Source: an uncultured Chloroflexia bacterium (GTDB lineage: Bacteria > Chloroflexota > Anaerolineae > CG2-30-64-16). From it: a stretch of DNA of 64,000 bases. The notes under the pieces are model-generated. The model was not told the DNA's origin and did not search any database. It saw nothing but the letters and a program-made list of their open reading frames with translations. Within the stretch, counting starts at the first letter, position 1; each line of letters starts with the position of its first letter. Shown piece after piece: positions 40,736 to 57,764 of the stretch. Location of the stretch: assembly GCA_963774265.1 (NCBI GenBank), contig CAVZDU010000007.1, positions 288,001 through 352,000 on the forward strand, given 5' to 3'. Made by a program: the position numbers and the translations under genes.

Positions 40736-41311
40736 TCAGGTCTCACGGTCTTGCGGCGGGACGGGCGGCTCTGTCTCGCTTTGGGAGTCATCCAGGTCGG
40801 ACTGGGAACCCTCCCCTTGGGATGCCGTCACTTCCGGACCCTCTGCGATCAATTTTGCAACCTGTCGTTCCCGGTATGATTGATAATCGGTAATCCACCG
40901 GTCATATTCGCCCGTCATCAGCGTCGATGAGATCAAGAAATCGGCGGTGGCGCGATTGCAGGCGGCCGGGATGTTCCAAACGACGGCGATACGCAGCAAA
41001 GCCTTCACGTCGGCGTCGTGGGGCTGCTCGGTGAGCGGATCCCAGAAGAAGATCATGAAGTCAATTGCGCCCTCGGCGATCTTGGCGCCGATCTGCTGAT
41101 CTCCGCCCAATGGACCGCTTTGGAACTTATGGATGGGGGTGTCCAGCACTTCCTCCAGCAGCTTACCTGTGGTGCCGGTGGCAAACAAGTCGTGTTCGAT
41201 CAGGAGAGTTCTGTTCCACTTCGCCCATTCCAGAAGATCCTGCTTCTTATTGTCATGGGCGACCAGGGCGATGCGTTTCTTCTGCCTTAACTTGATGATG
41301 CTCTGTTCCAT
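40736..41311 (-). CDS. mgsA: Methylglyoxal synthase
   Basis: [27 protein letters not shown] and [11 protein letters not shown]. Confidence 0.96.
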   Translation of the reverse strand: MEQSIIKLRQKKRIALVAHDNKKQDLLEWAKWNRTLLIEHDLFATGTTGKLLEEVLDTPIHKFQSGPLGGDQQIGAKIAEGAIDFMIFFWDPLTEQPHDADVKALLRIAVVWNIPAACNRATADFLISSTLMTGEYDRWITDYQSYRERQVAKLIAEGPEVTASQGEGSQSDLDDSQSETEPPVPPQDRET

Positions 41312-41335
41312 GCGCCTCCTTATTCTGTGGCCATG

Positions 41336-41388
41336 GGAAGGAAAAGACAGAAGGAAGAAGGAAGATCTTCCTTCTGTCTTTTATCTTT
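41336..41388. repeat. Heptamer-repeat hairpin (GAAGGAA type)
   Basis: AAAAGACAGAAGGAAGA (41342-58) and TCTTCCTTCTGTCTTTT (41366-82) form a perfect 17-bp stem. Confidence 0.75.
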
Positions 41389-41402
41389 GGGTCCGGCAGG
41401 AC

Positions 41403-42399
41403 CTAGACGGCGATTAGCGCCGCGGTCTCGGCCAGGCGGGTCGAGTAGCCCATCTCGTTGTCGTACCAGGCGGCGACCGAAAGCAGTTCGCTCCTGCACC
41501 GCGGTCAGCGGCAGGTCGACGATCGACGAGTGCGGGTCGCCGACGATGCGCGACGAGGCCCACTCATCCTCCAGGACGCCCATCACGCCCTTGAGCGGCG
41601 CGGCCGCGGCCGCCTTGCGGAAGGCGTCGTTGACCTCTTCCACCGTCACCGGGCGCTCGGTGAGCAGGTTCAGCTCGGCGATGCTGCCGGTGCGGGTGGG
41701 CACGCGGTAGGCCTTGCCGGTGATCTTCAGGCCCTTCCAGATGAACGCCAGCGCGCGCGCCGCGCCCGACGAGGACGGGATGATGTTCTCGGCCGCGGCC
41801 CAGGAGTCGCGGCGATCCTTCATCGGCTGGTCGGTCAGCGACTGGGTGTTGGTGTAGGCGTGCACCGTCGAGAAGAGGCCGTACTTGATGCCGAAGTTCT
41901 CGATCACGACCTTGACCACCGGGGCCAGGGCGTTGGTGGTGCAGCTCGCCATGCTGACGATCTTGTGCTTCGCCGGGTCGAACGTGTCGAGGTTGATGCC
42001 CGGCAGCAGCACCGCGTCGCAGTCGTCCTGCTTCTTGCTCGGCGCGCTGACCAGCACCCGCTTGGCGCCCGCGTCGAGGTGGGCCTGTGCGCCCGGCCGC
42101 GTGGTGGCCCGGCCGGTGCAGTCGATCACCAGGTCGACGCCCAGCGCCTTCCAGTCGGGCAGGGCCTTCATCGAGTCGAAGTAGGGGATCTCGCGGCCGC
42201 CGATGACGAAGCCCTTGTCCGTGGCCTTGACCTCTTCGTGCCAGCGGCCGTAGTTGGAGTCGACCTCGAACAGCGCCGCCAGGGTCGGGACGTCCTTGAT
42301 GTCGGAGATGGAGACCGGCGTGAACAGATTGTTCTTGAGCGCCACCTTCATCAATGAGCGGCCGATGCGGCCAAAACCGTGAATTGCGATTCTAGCCAT
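41403..42399 (-). CDS. gap: Glyceraldehyde-3-phosphate dehydrogenase (indel near 41490)
   Basis: [26 protein letters not shown] and RVPT; WYDNEMGYS lies in the shifted frame. Confidence 0.93.
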
Positions 42400-42423
42400 G
42401 ATAGTCTCCTTTCGTTTCAGCGA

Positions 42424-43711
42424 TCAGTCGACAATATCGACTACAGGTGCTTGCAAGACGATGGAACCGCCGCTCGGAACCTGCAGCTCGGGGTAGTCTC
42501 CGGCTGCGGTATTCGGGTCGATACGGCAGTTGCGGCCGATAACGGCGTTCTCTGGTATGTGGGCGCGTTTGCCGACAATCGTGATACCGGTGTCGAGGTT
42601 CGCCGGGCTCTAGTTGGTTGGGTGTCATGTCATCGCCAAAACCAACCTTGGCGCCGGCGCCTACCTCGATTTCCTTGTCCAGCACGCACTTGTCAACCAT
42701 AGCGCCGGAGCGGACCACGGTGTCGTTCATGATCACCGAGTTGCTTACCAGGGCGCCGCGCTCGACGCGAACACCGGGTGACAGGACGCTGTTGATAACC
42801 GTGCCGTCGATCACGCAGCCGTTGCAGACCAGGCTGTCGCGTGATTGTCCCGCTGGTCCCAGCTTCACTGCCGGGCGCTCTTCTGAACGCGTGTGGATCA
42901 CCCACTTTGGATCGTACAGATCGAGCTCCGGTTTCTCCGCCACCATCGCGAGGCTGGTTTCCCAGTATGCCTGGATCGTCCCCACATCCACCCAGTACCC
43001 CTCGAACGGATACGCGAACACCTCGTCGTTTTTCACCATCTTCGGGATCAGGTTCTTGCCGAAGTCGTGGGATGAGTTCAGATCCGCTCCGTCGTCTTCC
43101 AGATGCTTCAGCAGGAAGTCCATGTTGAAGACATAGATGCCCATCGACGCCAGGGTGCTCTCCGATTTCTTGGGTTTCTCGGTGAACTTGACGATGCGCT
43201 GGTCCTCGTCGGTGGTCATGATGCCGAAGCGGAAGGTTTCGTTCTCCGGCACATTCATAACAGAGACCGTCAGATCAGCCTTCTTTTCCTCGTGGAAGCG
43301 CAGCAGATCGCGGTAGTCCTGCTTGTAGATGTGGTCGCCCGACAGAATCAGCACAGTGTCACAGCCGCTCTCGGCCATGAAGTTGCGGTTCTGATAGAAC
43401 GCATCCGCGGTGCCTCGATACCAGTTCTGCTCCCCACGCCCGCGATAGGGCTGCCAGAGCTGGACGCCGTTGGGCCAGCGGCGGTTGAGATCCCACGGCT
43501 CGCCGATGCCGATATGCTGCATCAGCGAGTGCGGCCGGTATTGGGTCAACACGGCAACGCGGGAGATGCCCGAGTTGACGGTGTTGGATAACGGGAAATC
43601 GATGATGCGATATTTGCCGGCGAACGGAACCGCGGGCTTGGCCCGCTTCTCGCCCAGTATGCTCAACCGGCTGCCCTGGCCGCCTGCCAGGATCATGGCA
43701 AGTACGTTCAT
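42424..43711 (-). CDS. glgC: Glucose-1-phosphate adenylyltransferase (indel near 42606)
   Basis: [41 protein letters not shown] and YWVDVGT. Confidence 0.95.
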
Positions 43712-43729
43712 AGATCCTCCTTTGTGTCA

Positions 43730-43766
43730 TCAGGCGCCCGGCACCTCGCAAGTGCCGGGCGCCTGA
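43730..43766. repeat. REP-like perfect hairpin
   Basis: TCAGGCGCCCGGCAC-ctcgcaa-GTGCCGGGCGCCTGA, 15-bp stem. Confidence 0.7.
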
Positions 43767-43777
43767 GTGCGCGGCGA

Positions 43778-47417
<3,640 letters not shown>

Positions 47418-47436
47418 TGCGTTCCTCCTTTGTTTC

Positions 47437-47500
47437 AAGGTTGGCAGGTTGAAGGTTGGCAGGTCTCCCGAGCTCAACCTATAACCTGCAACCTTCAACC
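47437..47500. repeat. 7/8-mer repeat hairpin (AGGTTG type)
   Basis: AAGGTTG GCAGGTTG AAGGTTG GCAGGT versus CAACCTA TAACCTG CAACCTT CAACC. Confidence 0.7.
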
Positions 47501-47502
47501 CG

Positions 47503-48717
47503 CTAGGACACCAGCGAACGGTAGAGCTCCAGGGTCCGGTGTGCGACGGCCGTCCAGCTGAAGTGATCCTCGACGCGCTTGCGTCCGTTACGCTCATACT
47601 TCTCCCGCAGGGCAGGATTCAGCGCCACGGAATTGATCCCCTCAGCCAGCTCACGAGAGAATTTGGCCGGGTCCACCGGGTCGAAGGTGCCTGGCTTCAA
47701 CTCCAGAGGTATCAGCTCGCCCGTCTCCTTAGGCACGACCACCTCGGGGATGCCGCCGATGGCCGATGCGACCACCGCGGTTTCACAGGCCATGGCCTCC
47801 AGGTTGATGATGCCGAAGGGCTCGTAGACCGACGGACAGCAGAACACGGTCGCGTTCGAGTAGTACTGGATCACCTGGTCCTTCGGCAACATCTCCTGAA
47901 TCCAGATGACGCAGGGGCGGTTGGCGCTGACCTCGTTTACGCGGGCGGCCATTTCCCTGGCGATCTCGGGTGTGTCGGGCGCGCCCGCACATAACACCAC
48001 CTGGATGGACGGATCGATGCGAGGGATCGCGTTCACCAGGTGAATAATGCCTTTCTGGCGGGTGATGCGGCCGACAAACAACACGTAGGGCCGTTCGGGA
48101 TCAACTCCGTGCTTCACCAGCGCGTCCACAGCCGGGTTATGGCGGTATTGATTCAAGTCAATACCGTTGTGGATCACCTTGACCTTCTCCGGGTCGACAT
48201 CGAAGTGGTTCAGTACGTCGTTGCGTGTCTCCTGTGAGACTGCAATCACGGCATCAGCCTGCGTGATGCCGTTGTTTTCGATCCAGGCGCTCAGGTGGTA
48301 GGCGTTGCCGAGTTGTTCCACTTTCCAGGGCCGCAGCGGCTCCAGCGAGTGGGTGGTCAGTACGAGCGGGATGCCCCACAGTTTTTTGGCCAGGAAGCCG
48401 GCAAACTGCACGTACCACGTGTGCACATGCACGACGCTGGCGTCCAGGTTATCTTTGGCCATCCCCAGGCTGCGATACATGGCGTCCAGCGCTCCGCCGA
48501 ATCGGGGGTCGGTGTTCTTCTTGGCCTCAGACCACGGGCCATAGCCCTTGACGCGTAGATTTGGTTCCTGCACATCCTGGTCGCCGAAGCAGCGCACTTC
48601 CATCGGCACCAATTGCGCCAACTCTTTGCTGAGGTACTCAACGACGACCCCGGCGCCGCCGTAGACATACGGCGGATACTCATTGGTGAAGAAGGCGACT
48701 TTTTCTATGCCCGGCAT
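47503..48717 (-). CDS. glgM: GT4 glucosyltransferase of actinobacterial GlgM/GlgA type (maltose-1-phosphate synthase-like)
   Basis: TNEYPPYVYGGAGV, HTWY, HSLEPLRPWK.EQLG, FVGRITRQKG and PSVYEPFGIINLEAMAC. Confidence 0.82.
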   Translation of the reverse strand: MPGIEKVAFFTNEYPPYVYGGAGVVVEYLSKELAQLVPMEVRCFGDQDVQEPNLRVKGYGPWSEAKKNTDPRFGGALDAMYRSLGMAKDNLDASVVHVHTWYVQFAGFLAKKLWGIPLVLTTHSLEPLRPWKVEQLGNAYHLSAWIENNGITQADAVIAVSQETRNDVLNHFDVDPEKVKVIHNGIDLNQYRHNPAVDALVKHGVDPERPYVLFVGRITRQKGIIHLVNAIPRIDPSIQVVLCAGAPDTPEIAREMAARVNEVSANRPCVIWIQEMLPKDQVIQYYSNATVFCCPSVYEPFGIINLEAMACETAVVASAIGGIPEVVVPKETGELIPLELKPGTFDPVDPAKFSRELAEGINSVALNPALREKYERNGRKRVEDHFSWTAVAHRTLELYRSLVS

Positions 48718-48740
48718 CGTATCTCTCCTATCCCTCTAAC

Positions 48741-48814
48741 GAATTGAAGATTGAAGATGAAAGATTGAAGATCGCAGTCTGCAATCTTCAATCTGCGATC
48801 TTCAATCTTTCATC
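48741..48814. repeat. Heptamer-repeat hairpin (GAAGATT type)
   Basis: GATGAAAGATTGAAGATCGCAG (48756-77) and CTGCGATCTTCAATCTTTCATC (48793-814) form a perfect 22-bp stem. Confidence 0.8.
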
Positions 48815-48816
48815 GT

Positions 48817-51693
48817 TTACGCGAGCTCCATCATGGCCATCTGTGTGGTTTCGATCTTCTTGGCCCGTGCGCGCAGGTAGATCTTGGTCAGTTCGGCCGC
48901 GACCGAGGCCATCAACGCGAACGGAATCACCCACACCCAGTCGATGAAGGGCAGGGCCACCGTTCCGAAGACGAACTGCAGGAACGGCACGTAGATCACC
49001 GCGATCACCAAGACAATCGAGAAGATCACTGCCATGTTCATCGCCTTATTGGAGAAGAAGCCGAGCTTGAACACCGAGACGCGCTCGGAACGAGCCGTGA
49101 ACGCCCGCAGCAGCTCGGATAGGGTCAGGGTTGCGAACGCCACCGTCCGCCACGTGGGCAGGTCAGGATCGCTCAAGGATGCACCCGGATAAGCGCCCGC
49201 CATGAGGTAGGACGCGAGGATCGCGATTGTCATCACCACTGCCTGCACCGCGATGCCGATCATCATCTCCCGGTTGATGATTGGCTCCCCGGCGGGCCGC
49301 GGCGGCCGTTCCATGATGCCGGGTTCGCCCTTCTCCATGCCCAGCGCCAAGGCGGGCGCGCCATCGGAAACCAGGTTCAGGAACAGGAGCATCGTCGGCG
49401 ACAGCGGGGAAGGCAGGCCGGCCAGCATCGCCAGGAAGATGATCAGGATCTCGCCGATGTTGCACGAGATCAGATAGAACACGAACTTGCGGATGTTGGA
49501 GTAGATGATGCGGCCTTCTTCGATGGCCGAGACGATGCTGGCGAAGTTATCGTCGGTCAGCACCATATCCGCGGTCTGCTTGGTCACATCGGTGCCGGTG
49601 ATGCCCATGGCCACGCCGATGTCGGCGCGCTTCAACGCCGGCGCGTCGTTCACGCCATCGCCGGTCATGGCCACCACCTGGTGACGGCGCCTGAGGGAGT
49701 CGACGATGCGCATCTTGTGTTCCGGCGAGCTGCGCGCGCAGGTGTTGAGATGGAGCACCATGCTGTCCAGCTCGTCATCGTTCATCGCGTTGATGTCGGC
49801 GCCGGAGACGACCGCACCACCCTCGGTGAGCATGCCGATCTCGCCCGCAATCGCGGCGGCCGTGTCCTTGTAGTCGCCGGTGATCATGATGCAGCGCAGG
49901 CCCGCCCTCTTGGCCGTTTCCACGGCCACCTTGACCTCGGGCCGGGCCGGGTCGATCATGCCCTGGAGGCCCAGGAAGGTCATGTTGCGCTCCAGCTCTT
50001 CGGGCTTTGGCTCTTCAGGCACGGCCTTCAGCGTCTTGAAGCCCGCGCCCAGCACGCGCAACGCCGAGGTCGCCATGCCCTTGTTCGCGGCCAGGATCTC
50101 TTCGCGTAGTTCGGGGGTCAGCGGTACGATCTTGTCGCCCAACACGACATCGTCGCAGTAGCTCAGCACGAGGTCGGGCCCGCCTTTGACAAACGCCACG
50201 TAGGGATCCGGTACGGGCGCCGCGCTGCCGTTCTTCAAATTGTTGATGCGTTCACCCAGCTCACCCGCGTCGTGGATGGTGGTCATCATCTTGCGGTCGG
50301 AGTCGAAGGGGATTTCGGCGATGCGCGGGAAGGTTTTCTGCGTTTCTGCCAGGGCCAGGCCTGCCTTGGCCGCGGCCACTACCATCGCGCCTTCCGTGGG
50401 ATCGCCGATCATCTTCCAGACGTTCTTGCCGCTTTCGTCGGGCGCCAGTTCCAGCCTGGCGTCGTTACAGAGCATCATGCCGTGCAGGAGCAGGTTGGTG
50501 CCTGCGTCGCTGGTCGCGGTAAGCGGTGCACCTTTCTGGGAGAACTCGCCTACAGGCGCGTACCCTTCGCCAGTCACATCGAAAGTGTTTCCGCCGGCCC
50601 AGCCGCGCGTCACGGTCATCTGGTTCTGGGTGAGGGTGCCGGTCTTGTCGGAGCAGATCGTCGTGCAGGAGCCCAAGGTTTCCACCGCGGGCAGCTTGCG
50701 GATCAGTGCCTGCCGCTGCACCATGCGCCCCATGCCCAGCGCCAGACAGACGGTGACGACCGCAGACAGGCCTTCGGGCACTGCCGCGATTGCCAGGCTG
50801 ACGGCGGTCATCACGAGCTCGATGACTTGCTTGCCATGTGCGGCCCAGTAGGCGCCGATCCCCTCCGCGAAGATCATGCGGGGGCTCGTGTCACGGATCA
50901 AGCCGAACAGGAAGATGAAGGCACAGACGGAGAGCGCAACGATGCCCAGCGTCTTGCCGAGCTGATCCAGCTTGATCTGGAGCGGGGTTTGTTCGTCCTC
51001 GCTGCTCTGCAGCATCTCGGCGATCTGGCCGAGCTGCGTCTGCATGCCCGTCGCGGTGACGATGCCGGTGCCGCGGCCGTAGGTGACCAGCATGGAGCTG
51101 AACGCGCAGTTGTCGCGGTCGCCGATCGGCGCATCGGGCTCAAGGATGACTTTCGCATTCTTGTCGACGGGCACCGATTCGCCGGTGAGCGAAGCCTCTT
51201 CCGATTTCATGTTGACGGCTTCGATCAGGCGCAGATCAGCCGGCATGTAGTTCCCAGCCTCCACCATCACCAGGTCGCCGACCACCAGTTCGCGTGCGGG
51301 GATCGTCGTCTGCTGGCCATCACGGATGACCCGTGCATTGGGCGCGGACATCTTCTTCAACGCGGCCAGCGATGCTTCCGCCTTCGACTCCTGTACAACG
51401 CCGATGATGGAGTTGAGCGCGACGATGGCCAGGATTACGATCGCATCGATCCACTCGCCCAGCGCAATTGACAATATGGCGGATGCGATCAGGATGATGA
51501 TCAGGAAATCTTTGAATTGATCAAACAACAAGCTGAGAAAGCCGGGTCGCGGCTTCTCTTTCAGCTCATTGGGACCGTTCTTCTCGAGCCGGGCTCGGGC
51601 CTCCGCGTTGGTCAGGCCCTTCACCCGGTCTGTGCCCAGCTCTTTCGCCGTCTGTTCGATAGACCAGGCATGGGCGATGTTTTTATCTGCCAT
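48817..51693 (-). CDS. P-type cation-transporting ATPase (type IIA, Ca2+-like)
   Basis: TGES, VPEGL, DKTGTLT, MIDP, TGD and GDGVNDAP motifs. Confidence 0.95.
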   Translation of the reverse strand: MADKNIAHAWSIEQTAKELGTDRVKGLTNAEARARLEKNGPNELKEKPRPGFLSLLFDQFKDFLIIILIASAILSIALGEWIDAIVILAIVALNSIIGVVQESKAEASLAALKKMSAPNARVIRDGQQTTIPARELVVGDLVMVEAGNYMPADLRLIEAVNMKSEEASLTGESVPVDKNAKVILEPDAPIGDRDNCAFSSMLVTYGRGTGIVTATGMQTQLGQIAEMLQSSEDEQTPLQIKLDQLGKTLGIVALSVCAFIFLFGLIRDTSPRMIFAEGIGAYWAAHGKQVIELVMTAVSLAIAAVPEGLSAVVTVCLALGMGRMVQRQALIRKLPAVETLGSCTTICSDKTGTLTQNQMTVTRGWAGGNTFDVTGEGYAPVGEFSQKGAPLTATSDAGTNLLLHGMMLCNDARLELAPDESGKNVWKMIGDPTEGAMVVAAAKAGLALAETQKTFPRIAEIPFDSDRKMMTTIHDAGELGERINNLKNGSAAPVPDPYVAFVKGGPDLVLSYCDDVVLGDKIVPLTPELREEILAANKGMATSALRVLGAGFKTLKAVPEEPKPEELERNMTFLGLQGMIDPARPEVKVAVETAKRAGLRCIMITGDYKDTAAAIAGEIGMLTEGGAVVSGADINAMNDDELDSMVLHLNTCARSSPEHKMRIVDSLRRRHQVVAMTGDGVNDAPALKRADIGVAMGITGTDVTKQTADMVLTDDNFASIVSAIEEGRIIYSNIRKFVFYLISCNIGEILIIFLAMLAGLPSPLSPTMLLFLNLVSDGAPALALGMEKGEPGIMERPPRPAGEPIINREMMIGIAVQAVVMTIAILASYLMAGAYPGASLSDPDLPTWRTVAFATLTLSELLRAFTARSERVSVFKLGFFSNKAMNMAVIFSIVLVIAVIYVPFLQFVFGTVALPFIDWVWVIPFALMASVAAELTKIYLRARAKKIETTQMAMMELA

Positions 51694-51708
51694 GACTCTT
51701 CTCCTGCT

Positions 51709-51747
51709 ATTGGGGCGGCATACCTCACGGTGAAGGTCGCCCCTACG
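51709..51747 (-). repeat. GTAG-type REP-like element
   Basis: Minus strand GTAGGGGCGACCTTCAC..GCCGCCCC. Confidence 0.5.
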
Positions 51748-51750
51748 ATC

Positions 51751-52659
<909 letters not shown>

Positions 52660-52691
52660 AGTTGCAGGTCCTTTCCTCAGAAACGATAAGA

Positions 52692-53387
52692 CTATGCCGC
52701 TCGCTTCAGGCTTTTGATGCCCGAAGCCCCGGCAACGATCACTTCATCTGTCAGTCCCAGAAACAGCCCATGACATACGATGCCCGTGCGGGCATCCAAC
52801 CGGGCGCCCAGACCGACCGGATCTGCGATCGGCCCGAAGGCGCTGTCCAGGATGTAATTGCCCTGGTCCGTTTTGAACGGCGCTCCGTCTGCGCCTGGCC
52901 GCAGACGAGGCTGGGCGCCCAGGGACTCCAGGTAGGCCACTTGTGTGCGCCAGCCAAACGGGATGACCTCAACCGGCACAGCCCAATGCGTGCCCAGGGC
53001 CGGCGACAGCTTCGACTCGTCGACGATGATAATCTCGCGGCGGCTGGACTGCGCGACGAGTTTCTCGCGCAACAGGGCCCCGCCGCCGCCCTTGATCAGG
53101 TTCAAGTCCGGATCCACCTCGTCTGCGCCGTCGAAGGTGAAGTCGATCACCTGGTGCTCTTCCAGCGTCGTCAGCGGGATGCCCAGACGCCTGGCTTCAG
53201 CTTCGATCACACGTGAACAGGGAATCCCCTGGATGTCGGTCAGCTCGCCGCACGAGAGCTTCTCAGCCAGGCCGCGCACTGCCAGGATCGCCGTGCTGCC
53301 GGCGCCAAGGCCCACAATCATGCCCGACTCGATATATGTGAGCGCCTGGTCGGCGGCTTGCTGCTTCAAAGATCGTTCTGGGTTCAT
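52692..53387 (-). CDS. rpiA: Ribose-5-phosphate isomerase A
   Basis: GLGAGST, DGADEVD and IKGGGGALLREK. Confidence 0.96.
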   Translation of the reverse strand: MNPERSLKQQAADQALTYIESGMIVGLGAGSTAILAVRGLAEKLSCGELTDIQGIPCSRVIEAEARRLGIPLTTLEEHQVIDFTFDGADEVDPDLNLIKGGGGALLREKLVAQSSRREIIIVDESKLSPALGTHWAVPVEVIPFGWRTQVAYLESLGAQPRLRPGADGAPFKTDQGNYILDSAFGPIADPVGLGARLDARTGIVCHGLFLGLTDEVIVAGASGIKSLKRAA

Positions 53388-53401
53388 ACTCACCTCTTGG
53401 A

Positions 53402-53477
53402 CAAAAGGAAGAGGGAAGAAGGAAGAGGCCCTGCATACTTCGTCGACGTTCCATCTTCCATTTTCCTTTTCCCTTCG
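53402..53477. repeat. Heptamer-repeat imperfect hairpin (GAAGGAA type)
   Basis: AAAAGGA AGAGGGA AGAAGGA AGAGG versus TTCCATC TTCCATT TTCCTTT TCCCTTC. Confidence 0.65.
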
Positions 53478-53478
53478 G

Positions 53479-54606
53479 TTACTCTCCGACGACGGCTTTG
53501 CGGCTTGCTTCCATCGCGTCCATGAGGGCCTTCCAGGCACTGGCGAAGGATTTGACGCCTTCAGCCTCAAGTTCAGCCGTCACAGTGGCCATCGAGATTC
53601 CCAATGCCTCCAGCCTGGCGAGCGATTGATAGGCCCCCGCGAGGTTCTCTTCCAGGCTGTTGGCGCGCACGATCCCGTGATCCAGGAACGCCTTTAGGGT
53701 CGCAGGCGGGACGGTGTTGACCGTATCCACGCCGACGAGCTCTTCGATGTAGACCACGTCGCGGTACGCCGGGTTCTTGGTTCCGGTGGAAGCCCACAGC
53801 GGACGCTGCACCCGCGCGCCTTTGGCCTTGAGCCCGGCGAAGCGCTCCGAGCCAAAGATGATCTTGAAGTCGTTGTAGGCCAGCCGGGCATTGGCGACCG
53901 CGGCCTGGCCCAAGAACTTGGCTGCGGCCTCGGCCCGTGCTCCTCCGCGGTCGATCATGCCGTTCAGGTGTCCATCAATCTTGGTGTCGACGCGAGAGAC
54001 GAAGAACGACGCCACCGAGGCGATCGAGTCGATCGGCAGTCCCTTGGCCACGCGGTTCTCGAGGCCGGCGATATACGCCTCCATAACCGCGCAATGCCGC
54101 TCGCGTGAGAAGATCAGCGTGACGTTGACGTTGATGCCAGCCTCGATCGCATCCTTGATCGCAGGCAGTCCCTCCAGGGTGGCCGGGATCTTGACCATCA
54201 GGTTCGGCCGATTCACCCGCTTCCAGAGCCGCTTGGCCTCGGAAAGTGTGACGGCGGTGTCATGGGCCAGGTAGGGGTTGACCTCCAGGCTGACGTAGCC
54301 GTCACCCTTCTTGCTCTCGTCATAGAGCGGTCTTAGCAGGTCGGCGGCCGCCTGGATATCCTCGATCGCCAGGTCCCAGAAGATCTCCTCCCCGGTTTTG
54401 CCGGCCTTCGCCAGAGGCGCCAGCGCTGCATCGTAATCGTTCGACTTTGTAACCGCATTCATGAAGATCGTTGGGTTAGAGGTGACGCCGCGGATCTCCC
54501 CGCGCGCGATCATTCCCCCTAGTTCGCCGTTGTTCAGCAGGCGGCGCTCGACGTTGTCGTACCAGATCGACTGGCCTGCGGCACGTAGTTGTTGAGAGGT
54601 ATTCAT
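53479..54606 (-). CDS. tal: Transaldolase (mycobacterial/plant-like type)
   Basis: GQSIWYD, GVTSNPTIF, VSLEV, VKIPAT, ASFFVSRVD and LWASTGTK. Confidence 0.95.
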   Translation of the reverse strand: MNTSQQLRAAGQSIWYDNVERRLLNNGELGGMIARGEIRGVTSNPTIFMNAVTKSNDYDAALAPLAKAGKTGEEIFWDLAIEDIQAAADLLRPLYDESKKGDGYVSLEVNPYLAHDTAVTLSEAKRLWKRVNRPNLMVKIPATLEGLPAIKDAIEAGINVNVTLIFSRERHCAVMEAYIAGLENRVAKGLPIDSIASVASFFVSRVDTKIDGHLNGMIDRGGARAEAAAKFLGQAAVANARLAYNDFKIIFGSERFAGLKAKGARVQRPLWASTGTKNPAYRDVVYIEELVGVDTVNTVPPATLKAFLDHGIVRANSLEENLAGAYQSLARLEALGISMATVTAELEAEGVKSFASAWKALMDAMEASRKAVVGE

Positions 54607-54615
54607 GTGTTTCTC

Positions 54616-56624
54616 CTACAGCAATTCTTCCGCGATCTTCACGACGTTATCGGCCGTGAGGCCGAACTTCTCGAAGACCGTTGCGGCGGGCGCGGATGCA
54701 CCGTAGTGATCGATGCCGAGAATGCGGCCCTGCGAGCCGACGAATTTGTGCCAGCCCATGGTGATGGCGGCTTCGACGGCCACCCGGGCGGTGACGTCCG
54801 GCGGGAGGACGGAGTCCTTGTAGGCGGGGTCCTGTTCAGAGAAGAGCCGCCAGCTCGGAACGGATACGAGGCGGACCGCGACGCCCTTCTCGGCCAGGCG
54901 TTTCCCGGCCTCGACGATCAGGCCCACTTCGGAGCCGCTTGCCATCAGGATAATCTGCGGCTTGCCCTTTCCGTAGTCCTTGAGCACGTAAGCGCCCTTT
55001 TTCAGGTCCGATGCCGGCGCGTACGTGCCGGCGGTGCGGTCCAGGGTGGGCAGGTTCTGCCGCGTCAGCACCAGCGCGCTGGGGCGGTGGCTGCTCTCGA
55101 TCGCAACCTTCCATGCCTCGCGAACTTCATTGGCGTCCGCCGGCCGCAGGTCGATCACATCGGGGATCGACCGCAGCGCGGCCAGGTGCTCGATCGGCTG
55201 GTGTGTCGGACCATCCTCGCCGACACCGATACTGTCATGCGTGAAGACCGAGATCCTCCTTATGTGCGACAGCGCGGCCACGCGTAGGACCGGCCGCATG
55301 TAGTCGGAGAAGACGAAGAAGGTCGAGTCGAAGGGGATGATGCCGCCGTGGTAGGCGATACCATTGGTGATGGCGCCCATGCCATGCTCGCGCACGCCGA
55401 AGTGGATGTTGCGGCCTTCGCGGCAGTCAGGCGCGAAAGCCGGGCTGTTGTTCATCCAGGTGAGCGTCGAGGGCGCGAGGTCAGCCGAGCCGCCGACCAG
55501 GTCGGGGAGCTTTTCGGCGATGGCGTTGAGCACTTTGCCGGAGGATGCGCGTGAGGCGAGGCCCTTCGGGTCGGCCGGGAACTCGATGAGGCCATCAGCC
55601 CAGCCTTCCGGCAGCTTGCCGGCCAGCCGCCGCTCCAGTTCTGCGGCCAGCTCGGGGTATTCGGCCCGGTAGGCCTCGAACTTTTTCTGCCAGGCGGCTT
55701 CCAACTCGGCGCCGCGAGTGACGGCCTGCCGGAAGACGGCCAACGATTCATCGGGGATGTAGAAGCGCGGCTCGGCGGGCCAACCCATGGCCTCCTTGGC
55801 AGCGTTCAGCTCCTTGTCGCCCGGCGGCTCGCCGTGCGCCTTGGATGTCCCCTGGCGGGTGGGCAGGCCGTAACCGATAATGTTGTGCACCATAATGATC
55901 GATGGCCGCGGATCCTGCTTGCGCGACCCTGATCGCCTGGTCGATGGCTTCCACGTCCAGCCCGTCCGCGACCTTTTGTACGTGCCAGCCGTAGGCCTCG
56001 AAGCGCATGCCCCGATCTTCGGTGAACGCGAGACTCGGTGGAGCCTTCGATGGAGATGTGGTTGTCGTCGTACAGGTAGATGAGCTTGCCCAGTTGCAGG
56101 TGGCCGGCTAGCGAGGCCGCCTCGGACGCCACACCCTCCATCAAGTCACCGTCGGTGACGATGGCGTAGGTGTAGTGGTCGATGATATCGTGGCCCGGCC
56201 GGTTGTAGACCGCGGCCAGGTGTGCTTCGGCGATGGCCATGCCCACGCCGTTGCTCAAGCCCGCGCCCAAGGGGCCGGTGGTGGCTTCGACGCCGGGTGT
56301 CAGGCCAAATTCCGGGTGGCCGGGCGTCAGGCTGCCCCATTGGCGGAAGCGCTTCAGCTCTTCAAGGGGCAGGGCGTAACCCGTCAGGTGCAGCAGGGTG
56401 TACACCAGCATGGAGCCATGCCCGCCCGACAGGACGAAGCGGTCGCGGTTAGGCCATTTCGGATTGGCCGGGTTGTGCCGCAGATATTTGGTCCAGATGG
56501 TGTAGGCCGACGGGGCCGTGCCCATGGGCAGGCCCGGATGCCCCGAATTGGCCTGCTGCACGCCGTCCGCGGCCAGGAACCGGATGGTGTTGATGCACAA
56601 TTGCTCGAGTGATTGTTCGGGCAT
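54616..56624 (-). CDS. tkt: Transketolase (indels near 55920-56035)
   Basis: [35 protein letters not shown] and [15 protein letters not shown]. Confidence 0.95.
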
Positions 56625-56665
56625 ACGAATCTCCTTTACGGATTTCAATCCTCTATCTTCAATCG

Positions 56666-57764
56666 CTAACGTTGGATGCGCGCCGAGCCGCCCTTGGCGA
56701 ACGCCCGCACCTGCTCTACCGTCGCCATCGTCGTGTCGCCGGGGAAGGTGGTCAGCAGCGCACCGTGCGCCCAGCCCAGGTTGACTGCTTCCTGCTCGGA
56801 GGCGCCGGACAACAGGCCGTAGAAGAAGCCTGCGGCATAGCCGTCGCCGCCGCCCACGCGATCCACCACGTCCAGCTCGCAGGTGGGCGACTGATAGGTC
56901 TTGCCGTTGATCCAGGCGACCGCGCCCCAGCTGTGGCGGTTGGTCGAGTGCACCTCGCGCAGGGTGGTCGCGACGACCTTGACGTTCGGGTACATCGCGG
57001 TCACCTTGTCGATCATGCCGAAGAAGGCGCTCGGGTCCAGCTTGGACTTGGCGCCGGCCGCACCTCGGCCCGGGGATGCCGAGACCCATCTGCAGGTCCT
57101 CTTCGTTGCCGACGATCACATCGACGTTCTCCACGATGCGCCGGAGCACCTTCAGGGCGACCTCGTGGCCGCCCCACAGGTTCCACAGCTTGGCGCGGTA
57201 GTTGAGGTCGAACGGAGGTGATGGCGCCGGCAGCCTTGGCCGCCTTCATGCCTTCGATGATGAGCTCGCCCGTGGTCTCGGACGAGCGCGGCGAAGATGC
57301 CGCCGCTGTGGAACCAGCGCACGCCGCCGGCCGGCGAAGATCTTGGCCCAGTCGAAGTCGCCCGGCTTGAGCTGCGCCGCGGCTTCGTTGCTGCGGTTGT
57401 AGAACACCACCGGCGCGCGCACGCCCTGGCCCCGGTCGCTGTAGACCGTGGCCATGTTCGGGCCGGTCACGCCGTTGTGCTCGAAGCGCTTGTAGAACGG
57501 GGTGACGCCCATGGCCCGCACGCGTTCGGCGATCAGGTCGCCGATCGGGTAGTCCACCATCGCGGTGGCGATGCCCGTCTTCAGGCCGAAGCAGTCGGCC
57601 AGGTTGGCGGCCACGTTGAACTCGCCGCCGCTCACGTGGATGTCGCAGTGGGTGGCTTTCCGAAAGGGGATGATCCCCGGGTCCAGGCGATGGACCAGCG
57701 CACCCAGCGACATCAGGTCCAGCGCGCCCTTCGCGACCTCGTTCAGGTTCATGCCGTACTTCAT
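56666..57764 (-). CDS. kdgK: PfkB sugar kinase, KdgK-like (multiple indels)
   Basis: [27 protein letters not shown] and DRVGGGDG. Confidence 0.75.
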